Positions 1 to 8,379 of a DNA stretch of 41,642 bases are shown here, piece by piece. The stretch covers positions 1 through 41,642 of the IMG/VR virus record IMGVR_UViG_3300039239_000005; one strand, written 5' to 3'. This stretch comes from a virus (taxonomy: Duplodnaviria; Caudoviricetes). The position numbers and the translations under genes are program-made. The notes under the pieces were generated by a model. It was not told the origin of the DNA. It did no database searches and worked only from the letters and a program-made list of their open reading frames with translations. Numbering within the stretch: position 1 is the stretch's first letter; the number at the start of each line of letters is the position of its first letter.

Positions 1-125
1 TGGTCGGTGGCGAAGGTCGGGTTGCGAACCTCCAGCGCGTGCCGCAGCCGCACTCCGTCCTTCTCCTTGGGCAACAGCTTCAGGAAGCCCTCGAAATCCT
101 CTGGGTCAAACTTCTTCGTGCCCAT
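1..125 (-). pseudogene. 3' part of interrupted host DUF72 (YecE-like) gene, continues beyond window start
   Basis: Minus strand from 125 reads MGTKKFDPEDFEGFLKLLPKEKDGVRLRHALEVRNPTFATD (ALEVR motif typical of DUF72). It joins in frame with the fragment at 41518..41642. Confidence 0.85.
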
Positions 126-160
126 ACCTTGCCCTACTAATGCACAAGCCCTGCATTAGG
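124..160. repeat. Left attachment junction (element-side arm)
   Basis: AT crossover then ACCTTGCCCTACTAATGCACAAGCCCTG, an imperfect inverted repeat of the right arm (reverse complement ACTTTGGGAGACTATTAAACAGCCTCTG). A 2-bp core with symmetric arms is typical of serine-integrase attP. Confidence 0.8.
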
Positions 161-207
161 GGTTCCCGCCGCCCTTAAGGGCAGGCCCTGCCTCGATAAA
201 TATCGAG

Positions 208-765
208 ATGGAAAATGAAATCTGCCGAAAATGCCAAACCCTCCTTATCAGCGGCTCCAACTGGTATGCGTCATCCGAACGCAATCGCACCCGCATTTGC
301 AAGGGCTGTCAGATTGCGAGGGTTCGAGAGAATCAAAAGGCGTCGGCCAGTTGGTCTGACTACGTTGTTCGCTACCGCAGCGAAAATCTCGATGAGATTC
401 GTAAGCATGGGAGAGAACGCCATCGCCGGGTCTACGTCGGCGAGGTCGCAGAGCGATCACGCGAGAGAAATCGAGCTTGGTATAGAGACAACAAGCCCGA
501 AGCATCTGCCATCAGGGCGCGACGACGAGCGCGACTTAAGGGGAGCGAACGCGGCGGCGCCCCGAGTGAGATCGCAAAGGTCTATGCACTGGCCTCGGCC
601 CTGACCGAACGGTTTGGTGTGCCCTATCACGTCGATCACTTGATGCCCTTGGCCAAGGGCGGGAGCCACCACCAAGACAACCTTGTTGTGATGCGTGCTG
701 ATTGGAACATTGCCAAAGGCAGCAGGGTCATAACGCCGCTCATTACATTTTTCGCCCCAAGATAA
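208..765 (+). CDS. HNH endonuclease
   Basis: YHVDHLMPLAKGGSHHQDNLVVMRADWNIAKG HNH motif; N-terminal CxxC...CxxC. Confidence 0.9.
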   Translation: MENEICRKCQTLLISGSNWYASSERNRTRICKGCQIARVRENQKASASWSDYVVRYRSENLDEIRKHGRERHRRVYVGEVAERSRERNRAWYRDNKPEASAIRARRRARLKGSERGGAPSEIAKVYALASALTERFGVPYHVDHLMPLAKGGSHHQDNLVVMRADWNIAKGSRVITPLITFFAPR

Positions 766-772
766 GTAATGG

Positions 773-3205
773 GTGAACACCGAAACATATCGACAGAAGG
801 TCGCTCGTCAGATCGACCTTGAGAACGAGTCACGCGCGCTCGGCGCAAGCCGCTATCGCGCGAGCCGCCCCATGCCGTGGCGCAACGAGACCCGCGCCGC
901 TGACGAAGAGGCGGACCTCCCGCCCGGCCGTCAACTTCTCAAGCTGGCGACCGAGCCGACCGCCGCTGCGATCCGTGAGTTCTGCGAGCGCGTGGATCAT
1001 GGCGGCGCGGCGCGTGGCGTGGACGCCCACTTGATCCTGTCGCAGATCGGAGCCGACGAGGCCGCTTATCTCACAGGCCGGGTCGCACTCGACGCCGCCG
1101 CGAGCGGCATGAAGTTCACCGCCACCTGTATCGCGGTCGCCAACGCCATCATCGAACACATCCAGATGGACGGCCTTCGCCAGAACCGGAAGGATGTCTT
1201 TAAGGGGCTGCTCAAGTCCCAACAGAACGCTTCCTCTCTGGTCACGAGCAAGAAGCGCAAGGCCATCAAGGACATCATGATCGAACACGGGGTGGACCGC
1301 GCGTTCACCCTGCAACAGCGCGTTCGTGCGGGGGCCAAGGCCCTCGAACTGTTCTGCGATGTGACCGGCCTGTTCGTTATCGAGAGCATCGCGCGCGGCA
1401 CGAAGGTCATTCGACCGACCGAGGCCGTTCACCGTTGGCTCGAACAACAGCACGCCCGGTGCGAACTGTTGGAGCCGATTCATCTTCCGATGATCGTCCC
1501 GCCGCGCCGGTGGACCACGCCGTTCCGTGGCGGATACGTCACCAAGACGCCGGGTGCGCGCCTCGTGAAGCAGACGAACGCCGCCTATCACGAACATCTC
1601 CGCACAGTCGAAATGTCCGCCGTTTACTCGGCCGTGAACGCAATCCAATCGACGGCATGGCGAATCAACCGGCCGATCCTCGATGTGATCCGTGAGGTTT
1701 GGGACGGGGGCGGCGTGTTGGGTGGTCTACCCAATCGACAACCGCTCGAACTCCCGCCTCGCCCGCCCGAGTTCGCTCGTGACGAACAGGTGAAAGCCCG
1801 CTGGAAGCGCGAGGCCGCCGACATCCACGACCTGAACTCGGCCAACCTATCGAAGCGACTGGCGATCAGTCAGCGTCTATGGGTCGCGGAAAAGTTCGCT
1901 GACGAAGAGGCGATCTTCTTCCCGCACAGCGTGGACTTCCGAGGCCGCGTCTATCCGATCCCGTCCGCCGGTCCCAATCCGCAGGGCGACGACATCTGCA
2001 AGGCTCTGCTGACCTTCGCCGAAGGCCATCCGATCACCGACGCCGGAGCGGGTGCGCTCGCCATCCACATCGCCGGATTGTTCGGGGTCGATAAGGTCTC
2101 GCACGACGAACGCATGGCTTGGTTCTGGGCGAACGAGCATCTGGTTCTCGACAGCGCGAACAACCCTCTCGACGGCGCCCGCTTCTGGGCCGAAGCGGAC
2201 AGCCCCTTCATGGCTCTGGCCGCTTGCATCGAATGGGCGGGCTACATCCGCGAGGGCGCCGACTTCATCAGCCACCTGCCGGTCAGCCTCGACGGTTCGA
2301 ACAGCGGGCTACAGCACTTCTCGGCCATGCTCCGCGACCCTGTAGGGGCCAAGGCCGTCAACCTTGTGCCGGATGACCGGCCGCAGGACATCTATTCGGA
2401 CGTGGCGGCGAAGGCTCAAGCCCTCGTCGATCAGGATGCCGACGAAAGGGCGGTCGCATGGCGAGGCGGATTGGTCACGCGCAAGGTCGCCAAGCGTCCC
2501 TGCATGACCTTCACCTACAGCGCGACCCGGTTCGGCATGACGGACATGATCTATCAGACGCTCCGCGAACTGGACGCCAACGGTCAGCCCCACCTTGGGA
2601 CGGCCGACAACTACGCCTCGTCGCTCTACCTTTCCTACACCCTCTGGGATGCGATCTCGGACACGGTAGTCGCCGCCTCGACCGCCATGGCGTGGCTGCG
2701 CGAAGCGGCCAAGGTGATGACCGCCGCTGGTCAGCCGATTTGGTGGACGACGCCCACCGGCCTTCCGGTCCTGCAAACCTATCCCCGCCGTCGCAAGGAC
2801 CGGATGACGGTCTTTCACAAGAACAAGCGGCTTCAGATCAACCTTCAGCACAGTGCGCCGGGTATCGACGGTCAGCGTCAGGTCAACGGTATCAGCCCGA
2901 ACTTCATCCACTCGATGGATGCGGCCCACCTCATGGCCGTCGCCAACGCCTGTCACTACGCGGGCATCTATGACCTGTCCGTGGTGCATGACAGTTTCGG
3001 GGTTCACGCCTGTCGTGTCTTCGAACTGCGCTCGATTCTGCGAGAGACGTTCGCCGATCAATACAGCGTGGATAGGCTGGCCATGCTGCGTGACGAACTG
3101 ATCGCACAGCTACCGGAAGCTTACGCCGACAAGCTCCCGCCACTTCCGGCAATGGGCGACTTCGACATCAACGAGGTCCGCCGGTCGGATTACCTCTTCC
3201 ACTAA
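773..3205 (+). CDS. T7-like single-subunit DNA-directed RNA polymerase
   Basis: DFRGRVYP, motif A DGSNSGLQHF, motif B RKVAKRPCMTFTY, PNFIHSMDAAHL, motif C VHDSFG; 810 aa. Confidence 0.98.
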   Translation: MNTETYRQKVARQIDLENESRALGASRYRASRPMPWRNETRAADEEADLPPGRQLLKLATEPTAAAIREFCERVDHGGAARGVDAHLILSQIGADEAAYLTGRVALDAAASGMKFTATCIAVANAIIEHIQMDGLRQNRKDVFKGLLKSQQNASSLVTSKKRKAIKDIMIEHGVDRAFTLQQRVRAGAKALELFCDVTGLFVIESIARGTKVIRPTEAVHRWLEQQHARCELLEPIHLPMIVPPRRWTTPFRGGYVTKTPGARLVKQTNAAYHEHLRTVEMSAVYSAVNAIQSTAWRINRPILDVIREVWDGGGVLGGLPNRQPLELPPRPPEFARDEQVKARWKREAADIHDLNSANLSKRLAISQRLWVAEKFADEEAIFFPHSVDFRGRVYPIPSAGPNPQGDDICKALLTFAEGHPITDAGAGALAIHIAGLFGVDKVSHDERMAWFWANEHLVLDSANNPLDGARFWAEADSPFMALAACIEWAGYIREGADFISHLPVSLDGSNSGLQHFSAMLRDPVGAKAVNLVPDDRPQDIYSDVAAKAQALVDQDADERAVAWRGGLVTRKVAKRPCMTFTYSATRFGMTDMIYQTLRELDANGQPHLGTADNYASSLYLSYTLWDAISDTVVAASTAMAWLREAAKVMTAAGQPIWWTTPTGLPVLQTYPRRRKDRMTVFHKNKRLQINLQHSAPGIDGQRQVNGISPNFIHSMDAAHLMAVANACHYAGIYDLSVVHDSFGVHACRVFELRSILRETFADQYSVDRLAMLRDELIAQLPEAYADKLPPLPAMGDFDINEVRRSDYLFH

Positions 3206-3250
3206 ATGCCTTGAGCCAATGAATGCATTCTAACTCCCTATTGAGAGACC
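3203..3250 (+). promoter_or_regulatory. Candidate operator plus candidate phage-RNAP promoter heading the late operon
   Basis: TAAATGCCTT motif, perfect palindrome GAATGCATTC (3221-3230), and TAACTCCCTATTGAGAGA loosely resembling T7 GACTCACTATAGGGAGA, directly after the RNAP stop. Confidence 0.4.
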
Positions 3251-3260
3251 GAAACATCCC

Positions 3261-3551
3261 ATGATTTTTTCAGACCCTAATCTCGGCGACCGAGTTCGAA
3301 GCGCATCGACCGTCGCCGTCCTGCGTGAACCCGCCTTCCTTGTTCTGGACCGTGTGTCGAACCTCGACCCGGCGGATCAGATTCGCGCCACGTTCCTCGC
3401 CGCTGTCGCTATGGCGTTGGGCGCCGGGATCAACCCACACGAAGAGGTCGCGCGCTCGCTCCGCATGATGTCGGATGCCGAAGCAGACCATACCGTCCAC
3501 GTTCAGGCGATCCGCGACTATGCGGAAAATGAACTGCGCCGTTTCGTTTGA
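3261..3551 (+). CDS. Hypothetical phage protein
   Basis: 96-aa ORF with phage-like codon usage, first in the late operon; no recognisable motif. Confidence 0.75.
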   Translation: MIFSDPNLGDRVRSASTVAVLREPAFLVLDRVSNLDPADQIRATFLAAVAMALGAGINPHEEVARSLRMMSDAEADHTVHVQAIRDYAENELRRFV

Positions 3552-3866
3552 TCCCCGATGTCGGTGTGATCGTCGGATTTGTGCGGCTGTTGCAGTCGCC
3601 GGTCTCGCACTTCCTCATGCCGACTGACTTGGCCGACGAAGCATCGGCATGGCTTCTGTCGCAGGGGATCGAGCATCATTGGAATGACCTCTATCTCATG
3701 GGTCTACGACCAGACCGGCGGGACAGTAATCTCTATCGCCGACGACTTCGGCGCCTTCGCATTCAGGATGTGGGGCGATGAGACGGTTATCGGACCCGTG
3801 ATTTTTTCCACGCCTTTGCCCGGCAAGTGGCCCCGCAATATTTCGGCGGACGACCCGCCTTGTTGA
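3548..3866 (+). pseudogene. Frameshifted small phage protein related to the 36764-37904 paralogs
   Basis: Frame 3548 gives ...DLADEASAWLLSQGIEHHW and frame 3579 gives ...TVISIADDFGAFAFRMWGDE. Removing one base near 3683 (TGGAATG) fuses them. Confidence 0.5.
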
Positions 3867-4137
3867 CGGTGATAGCCCCCTGACATTGGCCGCAGTGCAC
3901 GGGCGTCGGCTTCACCTCTGCTCGCATCGCTCGGTATCGAGCCTTTTCACGACAAAGCTGCGAGCAGAATTTCTTCGATGATCGGATGATCTGAAACGCT
4001 GTCCCGCAGACAGGACATGCGCCTTCCGCCTTGGCCAACTCTTTACGGGGCCGTGGCGTAGCAAACCCTCTGGATGCGTCACTCGCTGCCAGCAGTTCTT
4101 CGATCCTCTCGGCCCATCGGCCCTCACATTTCAGCAT
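3787..4137 (-). CDS. Double zinc-finger protein (antisense to late operon); ORF could extend to 4188
   Basis: CPVC...KKFCSQLC and HCGQC...PPKYCGATC, two CxxC..CxxxC units; basic. Confidence 0.65.
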   Translation of the reverse strand: MLKCEGRWAERIEELLAASDASRGFATPRPRKELAKAEGACPVCGTAFQIIRSSKKFCSQLCREKARYRAMRAEVKPTPVHCGQCQGAITVNKAGRPPKYCGATCRAKAWKKSRVR

Positions 4138-4186
4138 CGCGTATTTACCGCGAACGCTCCCCAACCTCATTTCGAAAGGGCCTCGC

Positions 4187-4399
4187 ATGAGCCGACCGAA
4201 GCCCTCTGCCTACGCGCAGACCCGACCGTTCCCCACCAACGTCGCCGAGTTCCTTGAATACCTCGACTTCAAGTTCCCCGAGCAGGAGCCACGGGCTGGC
4301 GACACCCTCGACGCCATCATGTTCAAGGCGGGCCAGCGCGCCGTCGCCCTCCAGATGCGCCGGGAGTTCGAAGCCTCCCTCAAACGCAAGGAGGTCTGA
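4187..4399 (+). CDS. Small conserved-position protein upstream of portal (T7 gp6.7-like slot)
   Basis: ATG 4187 after AAAGGG; MSRPKP...IMFKAGQRAV, similar to small pre-portal proteins of T7-like phages. Confidence 0.7.
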   Translation: MSRPKPSAYAQTRPFPTNVAEFLEYLDFKFPEQEPRAGDTLDAIMFKAGQRAVALQMRREFEASLKRKEV

Positions 4400-4401
4400 C
4401 C

Positions 4402-4713
4402 ATGTGCCTCGTCAAAAAGCCGAAGGTTGTCGCCGCACCGGCTGACAAAGAACCGGCGATCATCACCAACCCTTACCTCGACGGTCTGCCCGCGATTGAA
4501 CGCGCCCGTGCTGGCGGCGTCCGCTCGCTGACGATCCCCCGTGGGGCATCGGGATCAGCGTCGGTCGCGCCGACGACGCCGCGTTCGCCGACCATCCCCG
4601 CGCCTTCGACAGGCGGCGGATCGCCCACGGTTGATCCCGGCATGACCCTTTTGGCCAAGCTGCCCGGCACAGTCGGATCGCTCGCCCGCAAAGCCCTTTC
4701 GAAAGCGAAATAA
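4402..4713 (+). CDS. Putative virion assembly protein (T7 gp7.3-like slot)
   Basis: AAGGAGG RBS; MC..KKPK start; Pro/Ser-rich; immediately before portal. Confidence 0.65.
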   Translation: MCLVKKPKVVAAPADKEPAIITNPYLDGLPAIERARAGGVRSLTIPRGASGSASVAPTTPRSPTIPAPSTGGGSPTVDPGMTLLAKLPGTVGSLARKALSKAK

Positions 4714-4719
4714 TCCCGC

Positions 4720-6240
4720 ATGAAAACCGCAGCAGCGCGTTTCAGCGCGCTGTCTGCATCCCGTTCGACCGTCTTGGAGAACGCTCGCACCGCATCGCGC
4801 GTGACGATCCCCGGTCTGATCCCGCTTGAGGGTCAGAACGAACACTACACCCCGACCCAACCCTATCAGAGCGTCGGCGCCGATGGCGTCCGCAGCCTTT
4901 CGGCTCGGCTCCTGATGACGCTGTTCCCGACCAACGTCGGGTTCTTCCGCCTGAACGTGGACGCCGCCGTGGCGCAGTTCACCGGCGAGGAAAAGAACGC
5001 GGTCGATGTCCAACTGGCGCAGTTCGCACAGTCGGCGAACAACCTTCTGGATGACCGCCGCGCACGCGCTGTGTTGGCCGAAGTGCTTCGTCACCTCGTG
5101 ATCGCTGGCAATGTCCTCCTGCACATCCCGCTCAAGGATACGCCGCGCATCTATCGCCTCGACCAGTATGTGGTGAAGCGCGATAGCCGTGGCGTCCCGA
5201 CCCTCATCATCGCTCGCGAAAGCATCCACGTCTCGAACCTGTCGGTTGAGACCCGGACGGCTGTCGGGCTGACCCTCGACCCGGACAAGCAAGACCAGAC
5301 GGTCGATGTCTACACGGTCGTTGAGAAGCGCGGCGAGAACCACGCCCAATACCAAGAGATCAACGGCAAGCGCGTCCCCGGTTCGGAGAGCGAGACTCCG
5401 ATTGAGAAGTCGGGTTGGCTGGCTCTGCGTTGGCTGGCGATCCCTGCCAACGACTACGGTCGCTCGCACGTCACCGAATATATCGGCGACCTTCTGGCCC
5501 TTGAGGAACTGAACGAGTCGATGATCGCCTACACCGCGATCTCGTCGGACATTAAGTTCTTCGTCCAGCCCAACTCTGTCATCGACCTCGATGTGGTTGT
5601 GGGTTCGGAGCGCGGCTCCTTCCACACCGGCGACGCCGGTGACATCACGGTCTTGAGCCTCGACAAACAGGCAGACTTTGTGATCGCCGAGCGTCTGGCG
5701 TCCGCAATCGAAGCGCGCGTCGCCAAGGCATTCCTGATCCAGCAGTTCCGCAACGCCGAGCGCGTGACGGCCGAAGAGATTCGGATGTCGTCAGAGGAAT
5801 TGGAGAACACGCTGGGCGGCACCTACTCGGTGCTGTCGGCCGAACTGCAATACGCCGTCGCGACCCGCTACCTCTACATCGCAGAGCGCGAAAAGCTGAT
5901 CCCGAGCCTACCGGCTGGGATCAAGCCGAAGGTCGTCACCGGCCTCGCCGCGCTTGGCGCCGCAGCCGAAGTGAACCGCGTTCGGACGTGGGCTTCGGAT
6001 GTCATGGGATTGCTGGGCCAAGCCGAGTTCATCGCCAAGGTCGATACGACCGCGCTGATGAACAAGCTGGGCGTCGAGCATGGCGTGACAGACCTGCAAA
6101 GCCTTCTGAAATCACCAGAACAAATCGAAGCCGAGCAGCAACAGGCGATGATGGCGCAAGCCACTCAAGCCGCTGCACCGGGCTTCATGGACGCCGCGAT
6201 GAAAGCCGCGTCGCAAGACCCCAACCAAGGAACTGAATGA
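4720..6240 (+). CDS. Head-tail connector (portal), T7 gp8-like
   Basis: PYQSVGADGVRSLSARL..LFP, DYGRSHV.EY.GDL, RNAERVTAEEIR, ELENTLGGTYS.LS.ELQ. Confidence 0.96.
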   Translation: MKTAAARFSALSASRSTVLENARTASRVTIPGLIPLEGQNEHYTPTQPYQSVGADGVRSLSARLLMTLFPTNVGFFRLNVDAAVAQFTGEEKNAVDVQLAQFAQSANNLLDDRRARAVLAEVLRHLVIAGNVLLHIPLKDTPRIYRLDQYVVKRDSRGVPTLIIARESIHVSNLSVETRTAVGLTLDPDKQDQTVDVYTVVEKRGENHAQYQEINGKRVPGSESETPIEKSGWLALRWLAIPANDYGRSHVTEYIGDLLALEELNESMIAYTAISSDIKFFVQPNSVIDLDVVVGSERGSFHTGDAGDITVLSLDKQADFVIAERLASAIEARVAKAFLIQQFRNAERVTAEEIRMSSEELENTLGGTYSVLSAELQYAVATRYLYIAEREKLIPSLPAGIKPKVVTGLAALGAAAEVNRVRTWASDVMGLLGQAEFIAKVDTTALMNKLGVEHGVTDLQSLLKSPEQIEAEQQQAMMAQATQAAAPGFMDAAMKAASQDPNQGTE

Positions 6241-7082
6241 GCCTCGAACTCCCGGTCAATGAGACCGCTTCGGAAACTCCGAACGACTATTCCAACCTTC
6301 CGGCTTCGGCCTTCCCGGCGGGCGTTGACCCCGCCACCTACGCTCAATCGCTCAACAAGGCCGAGCCGGAAACCCCTTCGAAACCTGAACGCCCTGCACA
6401 CGTCCCCGAGAAATTCTGGGACGCCGACAAGGGCGAGGCCCGCTGGGAAGACATGGCCAAATCCTACGCCGAGCTTGAAGCCAAGCAGCGCGGGAAAGCC
6501 GAAGACCCGGCCAAGACCGACAGCCTGAAGATCGAACAGACCGAAGGCGAGACCCCGGCCGAAGACGCACCGAACCCGATCACGTCGGCGTTCGAAGGCT
6601 TCGCCAAGGTCTATGAAGAATCGCGAGGCCAGCCCGGCGCCGACGACATCCAGAAGATTGTCGATCTCGGAGTCCCGCAAGGCATCGTGCAAAACTATCT
6701 GGCTGGGCTTGAAGCCCTCGCCCGTGAGCAGTTCTCGAACGCCTACGCCGCCGCTGGCGGTGAGGATCAGTTCAACGCCGCGATTGATTGGGCCAAGACC
6801 GGCCTGACCCCTGCGGAACAGGACAGCTACAACACTCTCGTCGAAAGCCAAGCGACCGCCCGTCAGGGTGTCGAATGGCTGATGTCGAAGTTCAACGCCG
6901 CGCGCCCTGCCGAAGGCTCTCTGATCGAGGCCGAAGCAAGCCCGGCATCTGGCGATGTCTTCCGCTCCAAGGCGGAAATGACAGCCGCTATCCAAGACCC
7001 TCGCTACAAGACGGACCCGGCGTATCGAAACGACGTGGCCCAGAAACTGTGGCGTTCGAACGCAGCGGGTTCCCTGCTGTAA
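6237..7082 (+). CDS. Capsid scaffolding protein, T7 gp9-like
   Basis: MAKSYAELE, GGEDQFNAAIDWA, C-terminal FRSKAEMTAAIQDPRYKTDPAYR; lies between portal and capsid. Confidence 0.93.
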   Translation: MSLELPVNETASETPNDYSNLPASAFPAGVDPATYAQSLNKAEPETPSKPERPAHVPEKFWDADKGEARWEDMAKSYAELEAKQRGKAEDPAKTDSLKIEQTEGETPAEDAPNPITSAFEGFAKVYEESRGQPGADDIQKIVDLGVPQGIVQNYLAGLEALAREQFSNAYAAAGGEDQFNAAIDWAKTGLTPAEQDSYNTLVESQATARQGVEWLMSKFNAARPAEGSLIEAEASPASGDVFRSKAEMTAAIQDPRYKTDPAYRNDVAQKLWRSNAAGSLL

Positions 7083-7332
7083 TCCAACCGTAAGACCACG
7101 CCCGCTCGTCCTATCGGGACTTGCTTGGCGGGGCCGCACAGTTCCCCGCGCACACAGGGAACTGACCGCCTTCGGGCGGGCGGCCGGTGAAAGCCCGGCC
7201 TAACTCTTTCTCCCAAATCAAAGCGGAAACATCCGGCTGCGAAGAGGCCGGTTTCGACCGCACAACCTCATGCGCCAGCGGACTCCGATTGATCGACGGG
7301 AGCCAAAAACTCTCTCTCAATCAAGGAGCCTA
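7083..7332 (+). ncRNA. Putative structured RNA leader upstream of the major capsid gene
   Basis: 250-bp non-coding gap with consecutive hairpins: CAGTTCCC/GGGAACTG, CCGCC-TTCG-GGCGG, GGCCGG-TGAAAGC-CCGGCC, CCGGCT...GGCCGG. Confidence 0.4.
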
Positions 7333-8286
7333 ATGGCTAACTCCATCCCCTCGCGTCCCGGTTTCAAGACCGGCGGCGCCGTTGGCAATCTCGACCTCTT
7401 CCTCGACCTGTTCGCGGGCGAAGTCCTCTCCACCTACGAAGCCAAGACGATCATGCGCGGTCTGCACCGCATCGTGAATCTGAACGGCGGCAAGTCGTAT
7501 CGCTACCCGGTCATGGGTCAGGCGACCGGCGGCTACCACACCCCCGGCGTCGAGATCACCGGCGACCAGATCGCACACGACGAGATCGTCGTGACCCCGG
7601 ACGACAAGCTCGTCTCGTCGGTCTTCATCGCCGACATCGACGAAGCTCTGAACCACTACGAAGTTCGCTCGGCCTACGCTGACGAAATCGGTGGCTTCCT
7701 CGCCCGTCACTTCGACGCCAACGCAATCCGCGCCCTCATCAAGGCCGCTCGCGACGCGGGCAAGCTGGGCCAAGGCGGCGGCAACGTCACCGGCTCCACG
7801 CTCCTGACGGACGTGACGAAGCTGTTCGACGCTTTCTCGGAAGCGAAGAAGGTCATGGACCTGAAGAACGTCGATGTGGACACCAAGCCGATCTACGGCA
7901 TGGTCGCGACTCCGCAATGGTATGCCCTCAAGCAGTCCGATAAGAACCTGAACCGCGACTACAACGGCGGTTCGGCTGACGTTCGCAACATGGCTCTGAC
8001 GACCATCGACGGCGTTCAGATCATGAAGTCGAACCTCGCTCCGTTCGGCGTCAACCAATCCGCCACCCCCGGCGTGCTGGCTCGCTATCAGGGCGACTAT
8101 TCGAAGACTGTCGGCGTCGTCTGGACCCCGGACGCTCTCGTCACCGCACAGGTGCAAGACGTGTCGATCCAGCACGAAGAGCAGATCAGCAAGCAAGGCC
8201 ACCTGATCGTCGGTCGCTACATGAGCGGCACGAACGTCCTGCGCGCCACCGATGCGGTCGAACTCCGCACCGGCGCCCCGACCTAA
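7333..8286 (+). CDS. Major capsid protein, T7 gp10-like
   Basis: AAGGAG RBS then MANS...; LFLDLFAGEVL, GKSYRYPVMG, IADIDEALNHYEVRSAY. Confidence 0.96.
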   Translation: MANSIPSRPGFKTGGAVGNLDLFLDLFAGEVLSTYEAKTIMRGLHRIVNLNGGKSYRYPVMGQATGGYHTPGVEITGDQIAHDEIVVTPDDKLVSSVFIADIDEALNHYEVRSAYADEIGGFLARHFDANAIRALIKAARDAGKLGQGGGNVTGSTLLTDVTKLFDAFSEAKKVMDLKNVDVDTKPIYGMVATPQWYALKQSDKNLNRDYNGGSADVRNMALTTIDGVQIMKSNLAPFGVNQSATPGVLARYQGDYSKTVGVVWTPDALVTAQVQDVSIQHEEQISKQGHLIVGRYMSGTNVLRATDAVELRTGAPT

Positions 8287-8314
8287 TCCCGGTCAGGCAC
8301 ACACCGAACCAATG

Positions 8315-8352
8315 AAAGGGTCGCCCTCCGAAAGGGGGCGGCCCTTTTTTTC
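8315..8352 (+). terminator. Intrinsic terminator after capsid gene (T-phi position)
   Basis: AAAGGGTCGCCCTCC-GAAA-GGGGGCGGCCCTTT followed by a T-run. Confidence 0.88.
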
Positions 8353-8379
8353 ATCCTCGTTCCGAAAGGAGGCCGCGCC

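Noticed and set aside
7139-7200. CRISPR array
   Set aside because: Only one repeat-like unit, no repeat-spacer periodicity and no cas genes.
7160-7200. Hammerhead ribozyme (CTGA...GAAA)
   Set aside because: Core reads CTGACCG rather than CUGANGA and the stems do not fit the topology.
7270-7332. Longer capsid start at 7270
   Set aside because: AAGGAG RBS supports ATG 7333; the extension does not look capsid-like.
8260-8290. T7 gp10B-type frameshift extension of the capsid
   Set aside because: No clear slippery sequence, and a terminator follows closely.
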